Assembly: GCA_002412425.1 (NCBI GenBank) | Contig: DHVB01000062.1 | Coordinates: 1,815 to 65,814 of the forward strand | Direction: 5' to 3' | DNA: 64,000 nucleotides | Source: Bacteroidales bacterium UBA5219 | GTDB lineage: Bacteria; Bacteroidota; Bacteroidia; Bacteroidales; ML635J-15 | Shown: positions 16,619 through 26,722 of the stretch, one piece after another | How the letters are laid out: each line of letters starts with the position of its first letter | Position numbering within the stretch: position 1 is the first letter of the stretch | The notes under the pieces: generated by a model | Seen by the model: only the letters and a program-made list of their open reading frames with translations | Told to the model about the DNA's origin: nothing | Database searches by the model: none | Position numbers and translations under genes: made by a program

Positions 16619-19555
16619 GTGAAAGTTAAGTGTTTGCTGAAAGGGAAAAAACTATGGATTTTAATATCAATACTTTTAGCAGTAGTGATAAGTGTTTGTG
16701 TAGTTTTATTAACAAAAGAAAAAACTAAAAGTCCTGAAACTGGTAAAGCATTTTTTTATAATTTTCCTGCAAAAATTTGTGATTCAATTACTGATTTGCG
16801 CACTACTGATGAGCAAATTGCTAGTTTGTTTATTTTAGCAAACCCACAAGATAGTTTAATAGCAACAAATGACTTTTTTTCTGGCTTTTTTTTCATTGAA
16901 TATAATGGGCAAACTCTTCTTAATCGACAAAATGACAGCTGCACTAATAAATTAATTAGAGGAATTCACGAAAAAGAACTTAGAAATTTATTTGCAGATT
17001 CTATAAAAACTTTTTCATCTGAACTTTTAAATACAATTAGCGATACTGTTGTTCTGCTTAATTATTATAATTACCAAACAGACTTGCTTGTTAAACACAA
17101 TATAAACGCATTGCTTATTGATGCAAATATTCCTGAAAAATTGGATTCTATAGCTGTGAAATTAATTTCAGATAGGCTGAAAATTAAATTAGACATTTTA
17201 CATAAAAACAATATTCTGAGCATCTTGCATTTAGATAAAATTGACACAAAAGATGAAAAATCAGAACAATATTTACAAGAACTTTATTCAAACATAATTA
17301 ATTCGGGTTTATGTGGTATAATAATTTCAGAAAGTGAGCAGCTTAATTATTTTTCAGATTTTGATGGACTTGTTTTTAAGTTAACTAAACTGGGTGAGAC
17401 AATAAATGAAAATCTTATTTGCTCAACAAATGCATTTATTCTTTACGATGAAAAAGATATTAATAGTTTGAAAAACGACATTAAAAAACATACAAAAAAG
17501 AAGGATATATTTCTAAAAAGTTCTAAGTTTTTACGTGCTAGCATGTGGGCAAATCAAAAAACAGCACAAGACAGCACAAAACAATTGCTTGACCTAAATT
17601 TATTAGAAGCAAGAATTACAGAAGCATCTATTACATTGCTAAAAAACTCTAATAATTTAATTCCTATTTCAGATATAAATCAAAAAATTCATATTTTAAT
17701 TGCCAGTAAATCAAAATACACTGATTTTATTAATATTATTTCAAATTACATTAATAATTATACCGTATCGTATTTTAATACTGATTCTAAAAAACCGCCT
17801 GTTATTCCAAGAGCTACAAACACTTTAATAGTTTTGTACGACACTAACTTTTCGGATTCTATTCCTAATCTTTTAAAAACAAGTCTATTAGAGTTTAAGC
17901 AACAAAAAATATTTTTAAATTTTGGCAAGCTTAGTTCTGAAATTTGCGAAATAGATGCAGATGCAATCTTACAAACTTATGACGACAGCTTTTTCTCACA
18001 ATCATTTGTTGCACAAGCTATTTTTGGAGGAGTTGCTATTAAAGGAAGTCTTGCAAACAAATTAAACGACAGCATAAACTATGGACATGGAATAAAAACT
18101 ACAAAAACTAGACTTAAATATTCTGTACCTGAAGAAGTGGGTTTAAATTCCGAAATATTATTAAAAATTGATAGCATTTTAAATTATGCTATATCTAGTG
18201 GTGTGTTTCCTGGATGTCAAATTTTTGTTGCTAAAAACGGAGTTGTTGTTCATAATAAATCTTATGGTTATCTTGATTATTCAAAAACAAATTCTGTAAA
18301 AAGTTCGGTTTTATACGATGTGGCTTCTTTAACAAAAATTTGTGCTACAACTCTTGCTACAATGAAAATGTATGAAACTGACAAAATTAATCTAAATGAC
18401 AAATTATCTAAATATTTTAAAAACACTTCTATTGATTATGGAAATATAAAACCCGACACTTTAATTTTTATCGACACTATTTCTATTAAAGGAAAATCCT
18501 TATCTGAAATCGAAGACTTGGTGCAAGATAAAGACACTATTCATTTAAACGACACATTAGTAGAGCTAACAGAAATTATCCTTACAAAAACAACACCTAA
18601 ATCTAATATTTTTCAAGTTCCTGTTCGAGCTTTACTTGTTCATCAAAGTGGAATAAGTCCTTCATTGCCTATTTTAAAATACATGTTTTATTTAAAGTCT
18701 TATAAAGAATTTTTACAAAACGAACATTTAAAAACCGATAGTTTAGATTTTCTTGATTTAGACGATATTACACAAGAAGAAGCTTTTGATTTTTATTATA
18801 GTAAAAAATGGATTAAAGATTCTGCTGAACTAAAAATTGCAGAAAACATGTATTTAAAAAAGCGTTGGCAAGATAGTTTATATGAAGATGTAAAAAGATT
18901 GGGAACCTTTAAGCGAGAAGTTTATCAATACACTGATATGAATATGATTTTAATGCAAGCAATTATTGATACAACAAATGAAAAAAGTTTAGATGTTTAT
19001 GTAAAAACTGAATTTTACAAGAATTTAGGAATGAATAATACAACATTTTTACCTTTAGAGCAAAAAATTCCAAAAACAAGAATTGCACCAACCGAAAACG
19101 AAAAATTTTGGCGAAAACAAGTAATACATGGCAATGTACATGATCCTTCGGCGGCAATGCTAGGTGGAATATCAGGAAATGCTGGCTTATTTTCTACCGC
19201 CTCTGACTTGGGAATACTTGGACAAATGTGGCTAAATGGAGGAACTTATGGAGGAAAAAGATATTTAAAACAAAATACTATAAAAATGTTTTCTTCTACT
19301 CAACCCGAAAATCATAGAGGATTGGGCTTTGATAAAGTGTCGATAAAAAATCTAAATGCAGCTTCAGCACCAGCAACAACATTTGGTCATACAGGTTTTA
19401 CTGGCTGTGCTATGTGGATTGACCCAGAAAATGAAATTGTATATGTGTTTTTATCAAACCGCATACATCCCGATGTAAATAATAAAGGTATTTATGGACA
19501 AAATATTGTTAGGAAAACTCATCAATGTATATACGATGCGATGATAAAAAACTGA
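16619..19555 (+). CDS. Large membrane-anchored protein with a C-terminal serine hydrolase (class C beta-lactamase/PBP-like) domain
   Basis: N-terminal TM segment. The C-terminal half has an SxxK motif (VASLTKI), YTD and HTGFTG motifs. The N-terminal ~500 aa occupies the position of a GH3-like domain in similar fusions, but no GH3 motifs are recognisable by eye. Confidence 0.75.
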   Translation: MKVKCLLKGKKLWILISILLAVVISVCVVLLTKEKTKSPETGKAFFYNFPAKICDSITDLRTTDEQIASLFILANPQDSLIATNDFFSGFFFIEYNGQTLLNRQNDSCTNKLIRGIHEKELRNLFADSIKTFSSELLNTISDTVVLLNYYNYQTDLLVKHNINALLIDANIPEKLDSIAVKLISDRLKIKLDILHKNNILSILHLDKIDTKDEKSEQYLQELYSNIINSGLCGIIISESEQLNYFSDFDGLVFKLTKLGETINENLICSTNAFILYDEKDINSLKNDIKKHTKKKDIFLKSSKFLRASMWANQKTAQDSTKQLLDLNLLEARITEASITLLKNSNNLIPISDINQKIHILIASKSKYTDFINIISNYINNYTVSYFNTDSKKPPVIPRATNTLIVLYDTNFSDSIPNLLKTSLLEFKQQKIFLNFGKLSSEICEIDADAILQTYDDSFFSQSFVAQAIFGGVAIKGSLANKLNDSINYGHGIKTTKTRLKYSVPEEVGLNSEILLKIDSILNYAISSGVFPGCQIFVAKNGVVVHNKSYGYLDYSKTNSVKSSVLYDVASLTKICATTLATMKMYETDKINLNDKLSKYFKNTSIDYGNIKPDTLIFIDTISIKGKSLSEIEDLVQDKDTIHLNDTLVELTEIILTKTTPKSNIFQVPVRALLVHQSGISPSLPILKYMFYLKSYKEFLQNEHLKTDSLDFLDLDDITQEEAFDFYYSKKWIKDSAELKIAENMYLKKRWQDSLYEDVKRLGTFKREVYQYTDMNMILMQAIIDTTNEKSLDVYVKTEFYKNLGMNNTTFLPLEQKIPKTRIAPTENEKFWRKQVIHGNVHDPSAAMLGGISGNAGLFSTASDLGILGQMWLNGGTYGGKRYLKQNTIKMFSSTQPENHRGLGFDKVSIKNLNAASAPATTFGHTGFTGCAMWIDPENEIVYVFLSNRIHPDVNNKGIYGQNIVRKTHQCIYDAMIKN

Positions 19556-19623
19556 AAATTATAATAAAAAAAACAAAATAAACGTTTTATTTTACAGCAT
19601 AATTAATCATAAACTTCAACAAT

Positions 19624-20271
19624 ATGAGAAAAACAATATTTTGCATACTATTATTATTTTTGACGATAAAAACCTACAGTCAAAATAAAAACATTTGTTC
19701 AATAGAAACTGATGCAAACTACTATTATTACTTCATTGGAGACCATAAAGCCAATAATTTTAATTATGGCTTCTCATTGTTAATTTCCCATTATATAAGA
19801 AACTTAAAACTTAGTACAGGAATAAATTATTCTACGAAATATTATGATTCTGCAGGAAGCGCATTTTATTCTACTGAAAAGCATAAACATTATTTACAAT
19901 ATTTAAATTTTCCAATTACTGCAAATATTAAAATTTTTTCACGTAACAAATTTAGTTCAAGCATTCTTGCTGGATTTGTATTTAACCATATTATAGATTA
20001 CAAAGTTAAGTTCTATTACATGAACGGTAATATTGCAACTAAAAATAATTTATTAGCTAATAGACAATTAGGCGTAAGTTTTATGCTTGGCTCAACCTTC
20101 TCACAAACAATTGAAAACAAATGGATATTAAATTTATCTCCTTTTGTTAGTTGTAGTTTAGTTCGTGACCATAAAGACCAAAGACCTGATTATACAAACA
20201 TACCTAACAACAATTTATTTATAGGTTTAAAAATAGGAGTAGAATATATATTTTTATCAGTTAAAAGTTAA
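19624..20271 (+). CDS. Putative outer-membrane beta-barrel (porin-family) protein
   Basis: Signal peptide MRKTIFCILLLFLTIKTYSQ. Beta-strand-like alternation, 215 aa. Confidence 0.6.
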   Translation: MRKTIFCILLLFLTIKTYSQNKNICSIETDANYYYYFIGDHKANNFNYGFSLLISHYIRNLKLSTGINYSTKYYDSAGSAFYSTEKHKHYLQYLNFPITANIKIFSRNKFSSSILAGFVFNHIIDYKVKFYYMNGNIATKNNLLANRQLGVSFMLGSTFSQTIENKWILNLSPFVSCSLVRDHKDQRPDYTNIPNNNLFIGLKIGVEYIFLSVKS

Positions 20272-20334
20272 TAAAGTTTTTAAAGTTCGTAAAGTTGGAT
20301 TGGATTAAATCATAATTCTAATCTACATTTTAAC

Positions 20335-20403
20335 ATCGGGTGTTGAGCGATTCCAATATCGGGTGTTGAGCGATTCCAATATCGGGTGTTGAGCGAAGTC
20401 GAA
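20335..20403. repeat. 23-bp tandem repeat x3 (ATCGGGTGTTGAGCGATTCCAAT)
   Basis: Units are 20335-20357 and 20358-20380 (identical) and 20381-20403 (diverged at its 3' end). The last unit forms a hairpin, GGTGTT..AACACC (20385-20407). Confidence 0.85.
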
Positions 20404-20443
20404 ACACCGAAATTCTTTCAACTTTTAACTTTTAACTGCGTTG

Positions 20444-21319
20444 TTATCCTTTAAGTGCTTCTGCACCACTAGTAATTTCGATAAGTTCGTTTGTAATAGC
20501 TGCTTGACGAGCTTTATTATACATTAAAGTTAATTCTTTAATCATTTCTGTTGCATTATCAGTTGCTTGATGCATTGCTGTCATTCTAGCTCCTTGTTCT
20601 GCAGCGTTAGTATCTAAAATAGTTTTAAAAAATTGAATTTTTAAAGCTTTGGGAAGCATTTCGTCTAAGATCTTATTAATTTCTGGCTCGAAAATATACT
20701 CAGATGGATTAGTTTTTTCTTCAACTTCTAGTGTCATTGGTAAAAATCGCTCTACTATTTGTTCGTGAACAGCGGCGTTTTTAAAGCTATTGTAAACCAA
20801 ATCTATTCTTTCAAACTCTTCATTAGCAAATATTTCCATCAAAGATTCGCTAATTTTATTTGCATTAGAGTAAGTTAAATCGTCATAAATACCAATTTCT
20901 GTCTTATAGATTTCATAATTTGATTTTCTAATATAATCTATAGCTTTTTTACCTATACAATAAAATTTAACTTTTCCTTCTTTTGCTTGTTCTGCATAGT
21001 TTTCTTCTACATGGCTAATAGCTTTTTTACAAATATTTGTATTAAACGCACCACAAAGCCCTCTGTTTGAAGCCATTAGAACAATAAGTACAGTTTTAGA
21101 TTCATTATCGTTAATAAAAATGTTTTTATGATTTTTATCTAAACCAGAACTTACTTCTTGTAACACTTCTGTTAGCTTTTCTGAATAAGGTCTAATTTGC
21201 GTAACCATATTTTGAGCTCTTTTCAACTTAGCAGCCGCAACCATTTTCATAGCTGAAGTAATTTGCCTTGTTGACCTTACAGAAGCAATTCTATTACGTA
21301 TATCTTTTAATCCTGCCAT
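20444..21319 (-). CDS. atpG: F-type ATP synthase gamma subunit
   Basis: MAGLKDIRNRIASVRSTRQITSAMKMVAAAKLKRAQ is the canonical gamma N-terminus. Operon context agrees. Confidence 0.95.
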   Translation of the reverse strand: MAGLKDIRNRIASVRSTRQITSAMKMVAAAKLKRAQNMVTQIRPYSEKLTEVLQEVSSGLDKNHKNIFINDNESKTVLIVLMASNRGLCGAFNTNICKKAISHVEENYAEQAKEGKVKFYCIGKKAIDYIRKSNYEIYKTEIGIYDDLTYSNANKISESLMEIFANEEFERIDLVYNSFKNAAVHEQIVERFLPMTLEVEEKTNPSEYIFEPEINKILDEMLPKALKIQFFKTILDTNAAEQGARMTAMHQATDNATEMIKELTLMYNKARQAAITNELIEITSGAEALKG

Positions 21320-21327
21320 GAATTAAT

Positions 21328-22908
21328 TTATTTTTTATATTTAGCTGTAAATTCCTGTGCTACTTTTGTTAAAACCCCTGTAATTTCATCGTTATATTCA
21401 CCTCTTGCAAGGCTTGCCATTGTATCTTTATGATTTAAGTTCAAGTAATCAATATATTCAGCTTCAAATTCGCTAATTTTATTTATTGGTACATCTCTTA
21501 ACAAGGCATTTGTTCCACAGAAAATAATTGCTGCTTGATTTTCTACTTTAATAGGAGAATGTAGTCCTTGTTTTAATATTTCTACATTTTTTCTTCCTTT
21601 GTCGATTACTGCAAGAGTAACAGCATCAAGGTCGGAACCAAATTTTGAGAAAGCTTCTAACTCTTCGAATTGAGCTTGGTCAATTTTTAATGTTCCTGCA
21701 ATTTTTTTCATACATTTAATTTGAGCATTTCCACCAACTCTAGATACAGAAATACCAACATTAATAGCTGGACGAATACCTGCATTAAACAAGTCAGACT
21801 CTAAGAAGATTTGTCCGTCTGTAATTGAAATAACGTTTGTTGGAATATATGCAGAAATATCACCTGCTTGGGTTTCGATTATTGGAAGAGCAGTAAGCGA
21901 ACCACCACCTTTTACTTTACCTTTAAGGCTTTCGGGTAGGTCGTTCATTTTTGCAGCAATTTCATCAGATTGAATAATTTTAGCGGCTCTTTCAAGCAAT
22001 CTTGAGTGCAAGTAGAAAACGTCACCAGGATATGCTTCACGTCCTGGGGGTCTTCTTAGCAACAACGACACTTCACGATATGAAACTGCTTGTTTTGACA
22101 AGTCGTCGTAAACAATTAAAGCAGGACGTCCTGTGTCGCGGAAATATTCACCAATAGCACAACCAGCGAATGGAGCATAGAACTGCATCGCTGCTGGCTC
22201 AGAAGCCGAAGCGGTAACAATAACTGTATAATCTAAAGCACCTGCTTCTTCTAAAGTTCTTGCGATACTAGCAACTGTAGAACCTTTTTGACCTATTGCT
22301 ACATAAATACAATATACAGGTTCGCCTTTATCATAAAAAGATTTTTGATTTATGATAGTATCTATCGCAATTGTACTTTTTCCTGTTTGACGGTCGCCGA
22401 TAATAAGCTCACGTTGACCACGTCCGATAGGAATCATAGAGTCTATTGCTTTAATACCTGTTTGCAAAGGTTCGTTTACAGGTTGACGAAAAATAACACC
22501 TGGAGCAACTCTTTCAAGAGGCATTTCGTATAATTCGCCACCTATAGGACCTTTACCGTCCAATGGTTCTCCGATAGTATTAACAACTCTACCTAGCATT
22601 TCTTCACCCACCATAATTGAAGCAATACGTCTTAATCTTTTAACAGTAGTACCTTCTTTTATATCTGTACTATGACCCAAAAGCACAGCTCCAACATTAT
22701 CTTCTTCAAGATTTAATACTATACCTTTAACTCCATTTTCAAATTCTATTAATTCATTTGCTTGAACATTATCCAAGCCATGAATACGAGCAATACCGTC
22801 TCCAATTTGTAAAACAGTTCCAACTTCTTCAAGGTTTGTTTTTAAACTTAAACCTTCTAATTGTTGTTTTAAAATTTGTGATACTTCTGATGGTTTAATG
22901 TCTGCCAT
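21328..22908 (-). CDS. atpA: F-type ATP synthase alpha subunit
   Basis: Walker A GDRQTGKS. 526 aa with typical alpha-subunit sequence. Confidence 0.97.
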   Translation of the reverse strand: MADIKPSEVSQILKQQLEGLSLKTNLEEVGTVLQIGDGIARIHGLDNVQANELIEFENGVKGIVLNLEEDNVGAVLLGHSTDIKEGTTVKRLRRIASIMVGEEMLGRVVNTIGEPLDGKGPIGGELYEMPLERVAPGVIFRQPVNEPLQTGIKAIDSMIPIGRGQRELIIGDRQTGKSTIAIDTIINQKSFYDKGEPVYCIYVAIGQKGSTVASIARTLEEAGALDYTVIVTASASEPAAMQFYAPFAGCAIGEYFRDTGRPALIVYDDLSKQAVSYREVSLLLRRPPGREAYPGDVFYLHSRLLERAAKIIQSDEIAAKMNDLPESLKGKVKGGGSLTALPIIETQAGDISAYIPTNVISITDGQIFLESDLFNAGIRPAINVGISVSRVGGNAQIKCMKKIAGTLKIDQAQFEELEAFSKFGSDLDAVTLAVIDKGRKNVEILKQGLHSPIKVENQAAIIFCGTNALLRDVPINKISEFEAEYIDYLNLNHKDTMASLARGEYNDEITGVLTKVAQEFTAKYKK

Positions 22909-22937
22909 AACTGCTATATTATTTTTTTAATTTTTAA

Positions 22938-23480
22938 TTATTTTTCTATTCTTAACTCTGATTTAATATTTCTTAATTGAGTTTCAACACTCATATCTAA
23001 TAATAAATTGTCAATTCTTACAACTACGCCCCCGATTATTTCAGGTTTAACATTAGTTACAATTTCTACATCGCAATTTAATTTTTCTTCAACATTATTA
23101 GCAAATTGCTGAGAAATAGATTTGTCAATGTCTATAGCTGTTGTTAACACAACTTCTTTTATGTTTTTATGTTCTCTGTAAAAAGATGAAAAATCACGAA
23201 TAATATCAGATATGTAAGCTTCTCTTTTGTTTTCTATTAACATGAGTAAAAACCTCATGCTTAATTCGTTAATAGAATTTGAAAACACATTTTTCAACAC
23301 ATCTTTTTTATCCTTAGATTTTACTACAGGACTTGTAAAAACGCTATAAAAGTTTTCATTTGCTTTAATGCTTGTTTTAATTAATTGAAAATCTTCATAA
23401 ATTTTATCAAGAAGATTTTTCTCTTTTGCTGATTCAAAAATTGCTTTCGAATACCTTACCGATATTTTACTTTGATTCAT
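22938..23480 (-). CDS. atpH: F-type ATP synthase delta (OSCP) subunit
   Basis: 180 aa. Sits between atpF and atpA. N-terminus RYSKAIFESAKEK is typical. Confidence 0.9.
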   Translation of the reverse strand: MNQSKISVRYSKAIFESAKEKNLLDKIYEDFQLIKTSIKANENFYSVFTSPVVKSKDKKDVLKNVFSNSINELSMRFLLMLIENKREAYISDIIRDFSSFYREHKNIKEVVLTTAIDIDKSISQQFANNVEEKLNCDVEIVTNVKPEIIGGVVVRIDNLLLDMSVETQLRNIKSELRIEK

Positions 23481-23482
23481 AA

Positions 23483-23977
23483 TTAATTAAACTTTACATC
23501 TTTTAAAATGTCATCTACCAAAACTTGATTGTCTTTTTTGTCTTTTACTTCTCGTCTGATAACTTTTTCGGCGACTAAAATTGACAAATCTAAGACTTGG
23601 TTTCTGATTTCTTCAACAGCAGCAGCTTTTTGTGCAGCGATTTCCATTGAAGCATTTTTCTTTAGTTTTTCAACTTCTTTTCCTGCTTCTTGCTTAGCTT
23701 CTGCAACGATTTGTTCTTTTAATTCTCTAGCTTCTTTAAGAATATTGTCTCTTTCTATTCTTGCCTCAATCATAATTTGTTCGTTGCCAGCTTTTAGCTG
23801 TTTCATTTCTTCGCGAGCTTTTTCTGCCATATTCAAAGCGTCTTCAATACTTTGATTTCTGTTGTTAATCATCTTGTTGATAGGTTTCCATGCTACTTTT
23901 CCAAGGATAAGTAATAATATTATGAAAATTATACTTGTCCAAAAAATTAAACCTACACCGGGCATTATAAGATCCAT
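23483..23977 (-). CDS. atpF: F-type ATP synthase b subunit
   Basis: Single N-terminal TM followed by a long charged coiled coil. Operon position agrees. Confidence 0.9.
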   Translation of the reverse strand: MDLIMPGVGLIFWTSIIFIILLLILGKVAWKPINKMINNRNQSIEDALNMAEKAREEMKQLKAGNEQIMIEARIERDNILKEARELKEQIVAEAKQEAGKEVEKLKKNASMEIAAQKAAAVEEIRNQVLDLSILVAEKVIRREVKDKKDNQVLVDDILKDVKFN

Positions 23978-24066
23978 ACTGCAATTATTTTATATTATTT
24001 TTTTATAAATTACTTTTAAAAAACATTTCCCGTAGCCAATCGCTAGTCGGGAAATGTAAAATTGTT

Positions 24067-24267
24067 TTACTGTAACAAAGCAACTACAACGCCAAATAAT
24101 GCCACACCCTCGATAAGAGCGCATGAAATAATCATTGAAGTTTGGATGTTACCTGCAGCTTCAGGTTGTCTTGCTATTGCGTCCATTGCTGCGTGTCCAA
24201 TTTTTCCAATACCATAGCCTGCACCAATTACTGCTAGTGCAGCGCCGATTGCTGGAAGTCCTACCAT
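24067..24267 (-). CDS. atpE: F-type ATP synthase c subunit
   Basis: 66-aa hairpin proteolipid with an ARQPE loop and a conserved carboxylate (LIEG). Confidence 0.9.
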   Translation of the reverse strand: MVGLPAIGAALAVIGAGYGIGKIGHAAMDAIARQPEAAGNIQTSMIISCALIEGVALFGVVVALLQ

Positions 24268-24303
24268 AATTTTAAATTATTTAAGTTAAACATAAAAAAA
24301 ATT

Positions 24304-25395
24304 CTAATGTTCTGGTTCTGCTACTGCTATGCCTATAAACAAAGCAGAAAGCATTGTAAATACGTATGCCTGTAAAAATGCAACCAGCAACTCTAAAACG
24401 TCCATAAAAAGTACGAATAAGAAAGTTACTGGAGCTATTGCTAATGATTTAAAAACAAATATTAAACCCACTAAGCTCAAAATGATAATATGTCCTGCAG
24501 TTATATTTGCAAAAAGACGAATGGTTAAAGCCACTGGCTTAACAAACATTCCCATAATTTCAACTACTGTTAAAATTGGACGAACAAAAACTGGCACACC
24601 AGGCATCCACAAATTATGTTGCCAATAATGTTTGTTTCCATTCAAGTTTATCATTAAAAAGGTAAACGTTGCTAAAGTCATTGTAACAGCGATATTACCT
24701 GTTACATTTGCCCCACCTGGGAAAAATGGAATTATACCAAATAAATTATTAAATAAAATAAAGAAAAAGACTGTTAGCAAAAACGGTAAAAACTTATCTG
24801 TTTTCTTGCCTAAGTTTGGATAAACGATATCATTTTTCACAAACAGTATCAATGGCTCCATAAGGGCTTGCAAACCTTTTGGTCTTCCAGGACGTTTTTC
24901 GTATGCTTTTGCTACAGATATAAATATCCATAATATAACAATGGAAACTATAATCATTGCACAAACATTTTTAGTAATAGAAATATCTAAAGGTGTTGCA
25001 TTCATTATTTTTTCTTCGCCATCTTGAATTTCGGTTGTCAATCCTCCATTTTCATCAGCTAAATAAATTTTATCGTGGTGAAGTATATATTTATTTGTTC
25101 CTCTATCCACAACTTTATTGCCATGTTCAAATTTAGAAGACATAAAAACATCTAATTTCCCATTTGCATACACAATTATTGGTAAAGGAATAGAAACAAT
25201 TTTTTCGCTTCCATCAGATTTTTTATAATCTAGAATATGCCATTCGTGAGAGTCTTTCAAATGGTGCATTATCATTCCTTTAATATCAAAAGCCTCATCT
25301 GCATCTGCTTGTTTTGCGTCTGATGCAAAAGCTTGTATTGACAACAAACTTGCAAAAATTACACTTATAAATAATACTCGTCTCATTACAATCAA
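24304..25395 (-). CDS. atpB: F-type ATP synthase a subunit (with N-terminal extension)
   Basis: The C-terminal half has the conserved LTIRLFANITAGH motif. Operon position agrees. Confidence 0.92.
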   Translation of the reverse strand: MIVMRRVLFISVIFASLLSIQAFASDAKQADADEAFDIKGMIMHHLKDSHEWHILDYKKSDGSEKIVSIPLPIIVYANGKLDVFMSSKFEHGNKVVDRGTNKYILHHDKIYLADENGGLTTEIQDGEEKIMNATPLDISITKNVCAMIIVSIVILWIFISVAKAYEKRPGRPKGLQALMEPLILFVKNDIVYPNLGKKTDKFLPFLLTVFFFILFNNLFGIIPFFPGGANVTGNIAVTMTLATFTFLMINLNGNKHYWQHNLWMPGVPVFVRPILTVVEIMGMFVKPVALTIRLFANITAGHIIILSLVGLIFVFKSLAIAPVTFLFVLFMDVLELLVAFLQAYVFTMLSALFIGIAVAEPEH

Positions 25396-25471
25396 AAAAG
25401 TTTTTTAATGTAGCATACAAATTTACAACTTCAATTTTAATATCCTAATATTATTTGTCATTTTTTTTCAA

Positions 25472-25861
25472 TTAACTATTTTTGGTTATTTTTATCAAAC
25501 AAAACAGCTCAATTATTAGATAAACGAAATAAAATATAAAAAACTGTATTACAAATTCTTTTTTAAAAACACTATTATTTATAAAAAGTGGTAGCAAAAA
25601 CAAGAGAGAAAAAATAATTTTTCCCAATATGGTAAACATATATACATTTGTTATATTTTTTCTTCTATTTTTTCTCAATATTAAACTTATAATAAGAATA
25701 GAAAAAAAACTTAACACAAATAAAAAAGGGTTTATCCAAAGTACATTAGGAGCATAAAAATATCTTCTAAAATAAAACAATAAAAAATAATGTACTGCAA
25801 AAATTAATATTGCTACAAAGCTAAAGTTTATAAAAAGTTTAAATTGTTCTTTACTTGTCAT
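25472..25861 (-). CDS. Hypothetical small membrane protein in atp operon
   Basis: 129 aa, about four hydrophobic segments. Located between the AtpZ-like gene and atpB. Confidence 0.6.
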   Translation of the reverse strand: MTSKEQFKLFINFSFVAILIFAVHYFLLFYFRRYFYAPNVLWINPFLFVLSFFSILIISLILRKNRRKNITNVYMFTILGKIIFSLLFLLPLFINNSVFKKEFVIQFFIFYFVYLIIELFCLIKITKNS

Positions 25862-26204
25862 TCAACACTCTTTTTATAACAAGATACAAGGATCCAAAAA
25901 TTGAAAAAAGAGACAAACCGATAGTGAATCCAGGAGTAGAATTGTCGAAATGTTTATCTAAAGCAACTCCTGCCCATGTTCCTAAACCAATCATAATAGC
26001 CATTTCAAAAGCTAAGGTAGAGTATTTTATAAACTTATCTAAGCTTTCTTTTCCTGTTTTTTTTTTATTTTTATCTTCGTTATTGTTGTCTTTATTATTT
26101 TCCAATTTATATATTTTCTTTATCTTGGATATTTGTACACATATTACAAGTTCCTGTAAAAACAGCTCCTGGCTCAATAGAAATTTTTGTAGTTTGAATA
26201 TCAC
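25851..26204 (-). CDS. AtpZ/AtpI-family small membrane protein; true start probably internal (TTG at 26105)
   Basis: C-terminal FIKYSTLAFEMAIMIGLGTWAGVALDKHF...LSLFSIFGSLYLVIKRV is AtpZ-like. The 5' 99 nt of the ORF overlap the bactofilin gene. An in-frame TTG (26105) follows directly after the bactofilin stop. Confidence 0.65.
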   Translation of the reverse strand: MIFKLQKFLLSQELFLQELVICVQISKIKKIYKLENNKDNNNEDKNKKKTGKESLDKFIKYSTLAFEMAIMIGLGTWAGVALDKHFDNSTPGFTIGLSLFSIFGSLYLVIKRVLNDK

Positions 26205-26472
26205 CTATTATTTGTGCTGTAGATTTCAAAGCCAAAATATCTTCAACGCTAATCTTTCCTTCTATAAGTCCGGAAATTTCGCTTGTTGCACAAATAATTT
26301 CTCCTTTTATTTTACCAGTTTCTCCTAGAACAAGTTTAGCTTTAGTTTCTACATTTCCTTCTAAACTACCATCAATTCTAATATCTCCATTTGAAACAAT
26401 ATTTCCAATTATGGAAGTTCCATTACTAATAATATTAAGATTTTTTAAATCTTCGTCGTGATTTTTTGCCAT
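26107..26472 (-). CDS. Bactofilin-family polymer-forming cytoskeletal protein
   Basis: Repetitive beta-helix pattern IIGNIVSNGDIRIDGSLEGNVETKAKLVLGETGKIKGEI... typical of bactofilin (CcmA-like). Confidence 0.85.
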   Translation of the reverse strand: MAKNHDEDLKNLNIISNGTSIIGNIVSNGDIRIDGSLEGNVETKAKLVLGETGKIKGEIICATSEISGLIEGKISVEDILALKSTAQIIGDIQTTKISIEPGAVFTGTCNMCTNIQDKENI

Positions 26473-26495
26473 AATATTGTTTTGTTTTTCTTAGG

Positions 26496-26503
26496 CAAAT
26501 ATA
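26496..26503 (-). promoter_or_regulatory. -7 promoter box TATATTTG (minus strand), candidate atp operon promoter
   Basis: TAnnTTTG match on the minus strand, 23 nt upstream of the bactofilin ATG (26472). Confidence 0.4.
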
Positions 26504-26644
26504 AAAACATTGTTTACAAAATGAAAAAAATATTAAGTATTTTTTAATGCTATTGTATAAAAATACCTAACGAATACTTATTTTCAGCGTTTCAGCCCCA
26601 TACCGAACAATTACGCCCTGCCCATAAGTGCACCCCAGTTAAAA

Positions 26645-26722
26645 GTTAAAAGCGGTTTTCTGTTTGGCATTTCTTTACAAACTTTTTACTTTATAAATTT
26701 TTAACTGAGTTTATTGTGTTGC
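26645..26722 (+). repeat. Dispersed intergenic repeat, copy 2
   Basis: Aligns with 13434-13512 (GTTAAAAG...CTTTTTACTTTATAAA...TTTATTGTrTTGC). The similarity resumes at 26862-26873 after a ~139-nt insertion. Confidence 0.7.

Noticed and set aside
20335-20403. The 23-bp tandem repeats (here and at 35891-35959) as a CRISPR array
   Set aside because: The units are directly adjacent with no spacers, there are only three copies, and there are no cas genes in the window.
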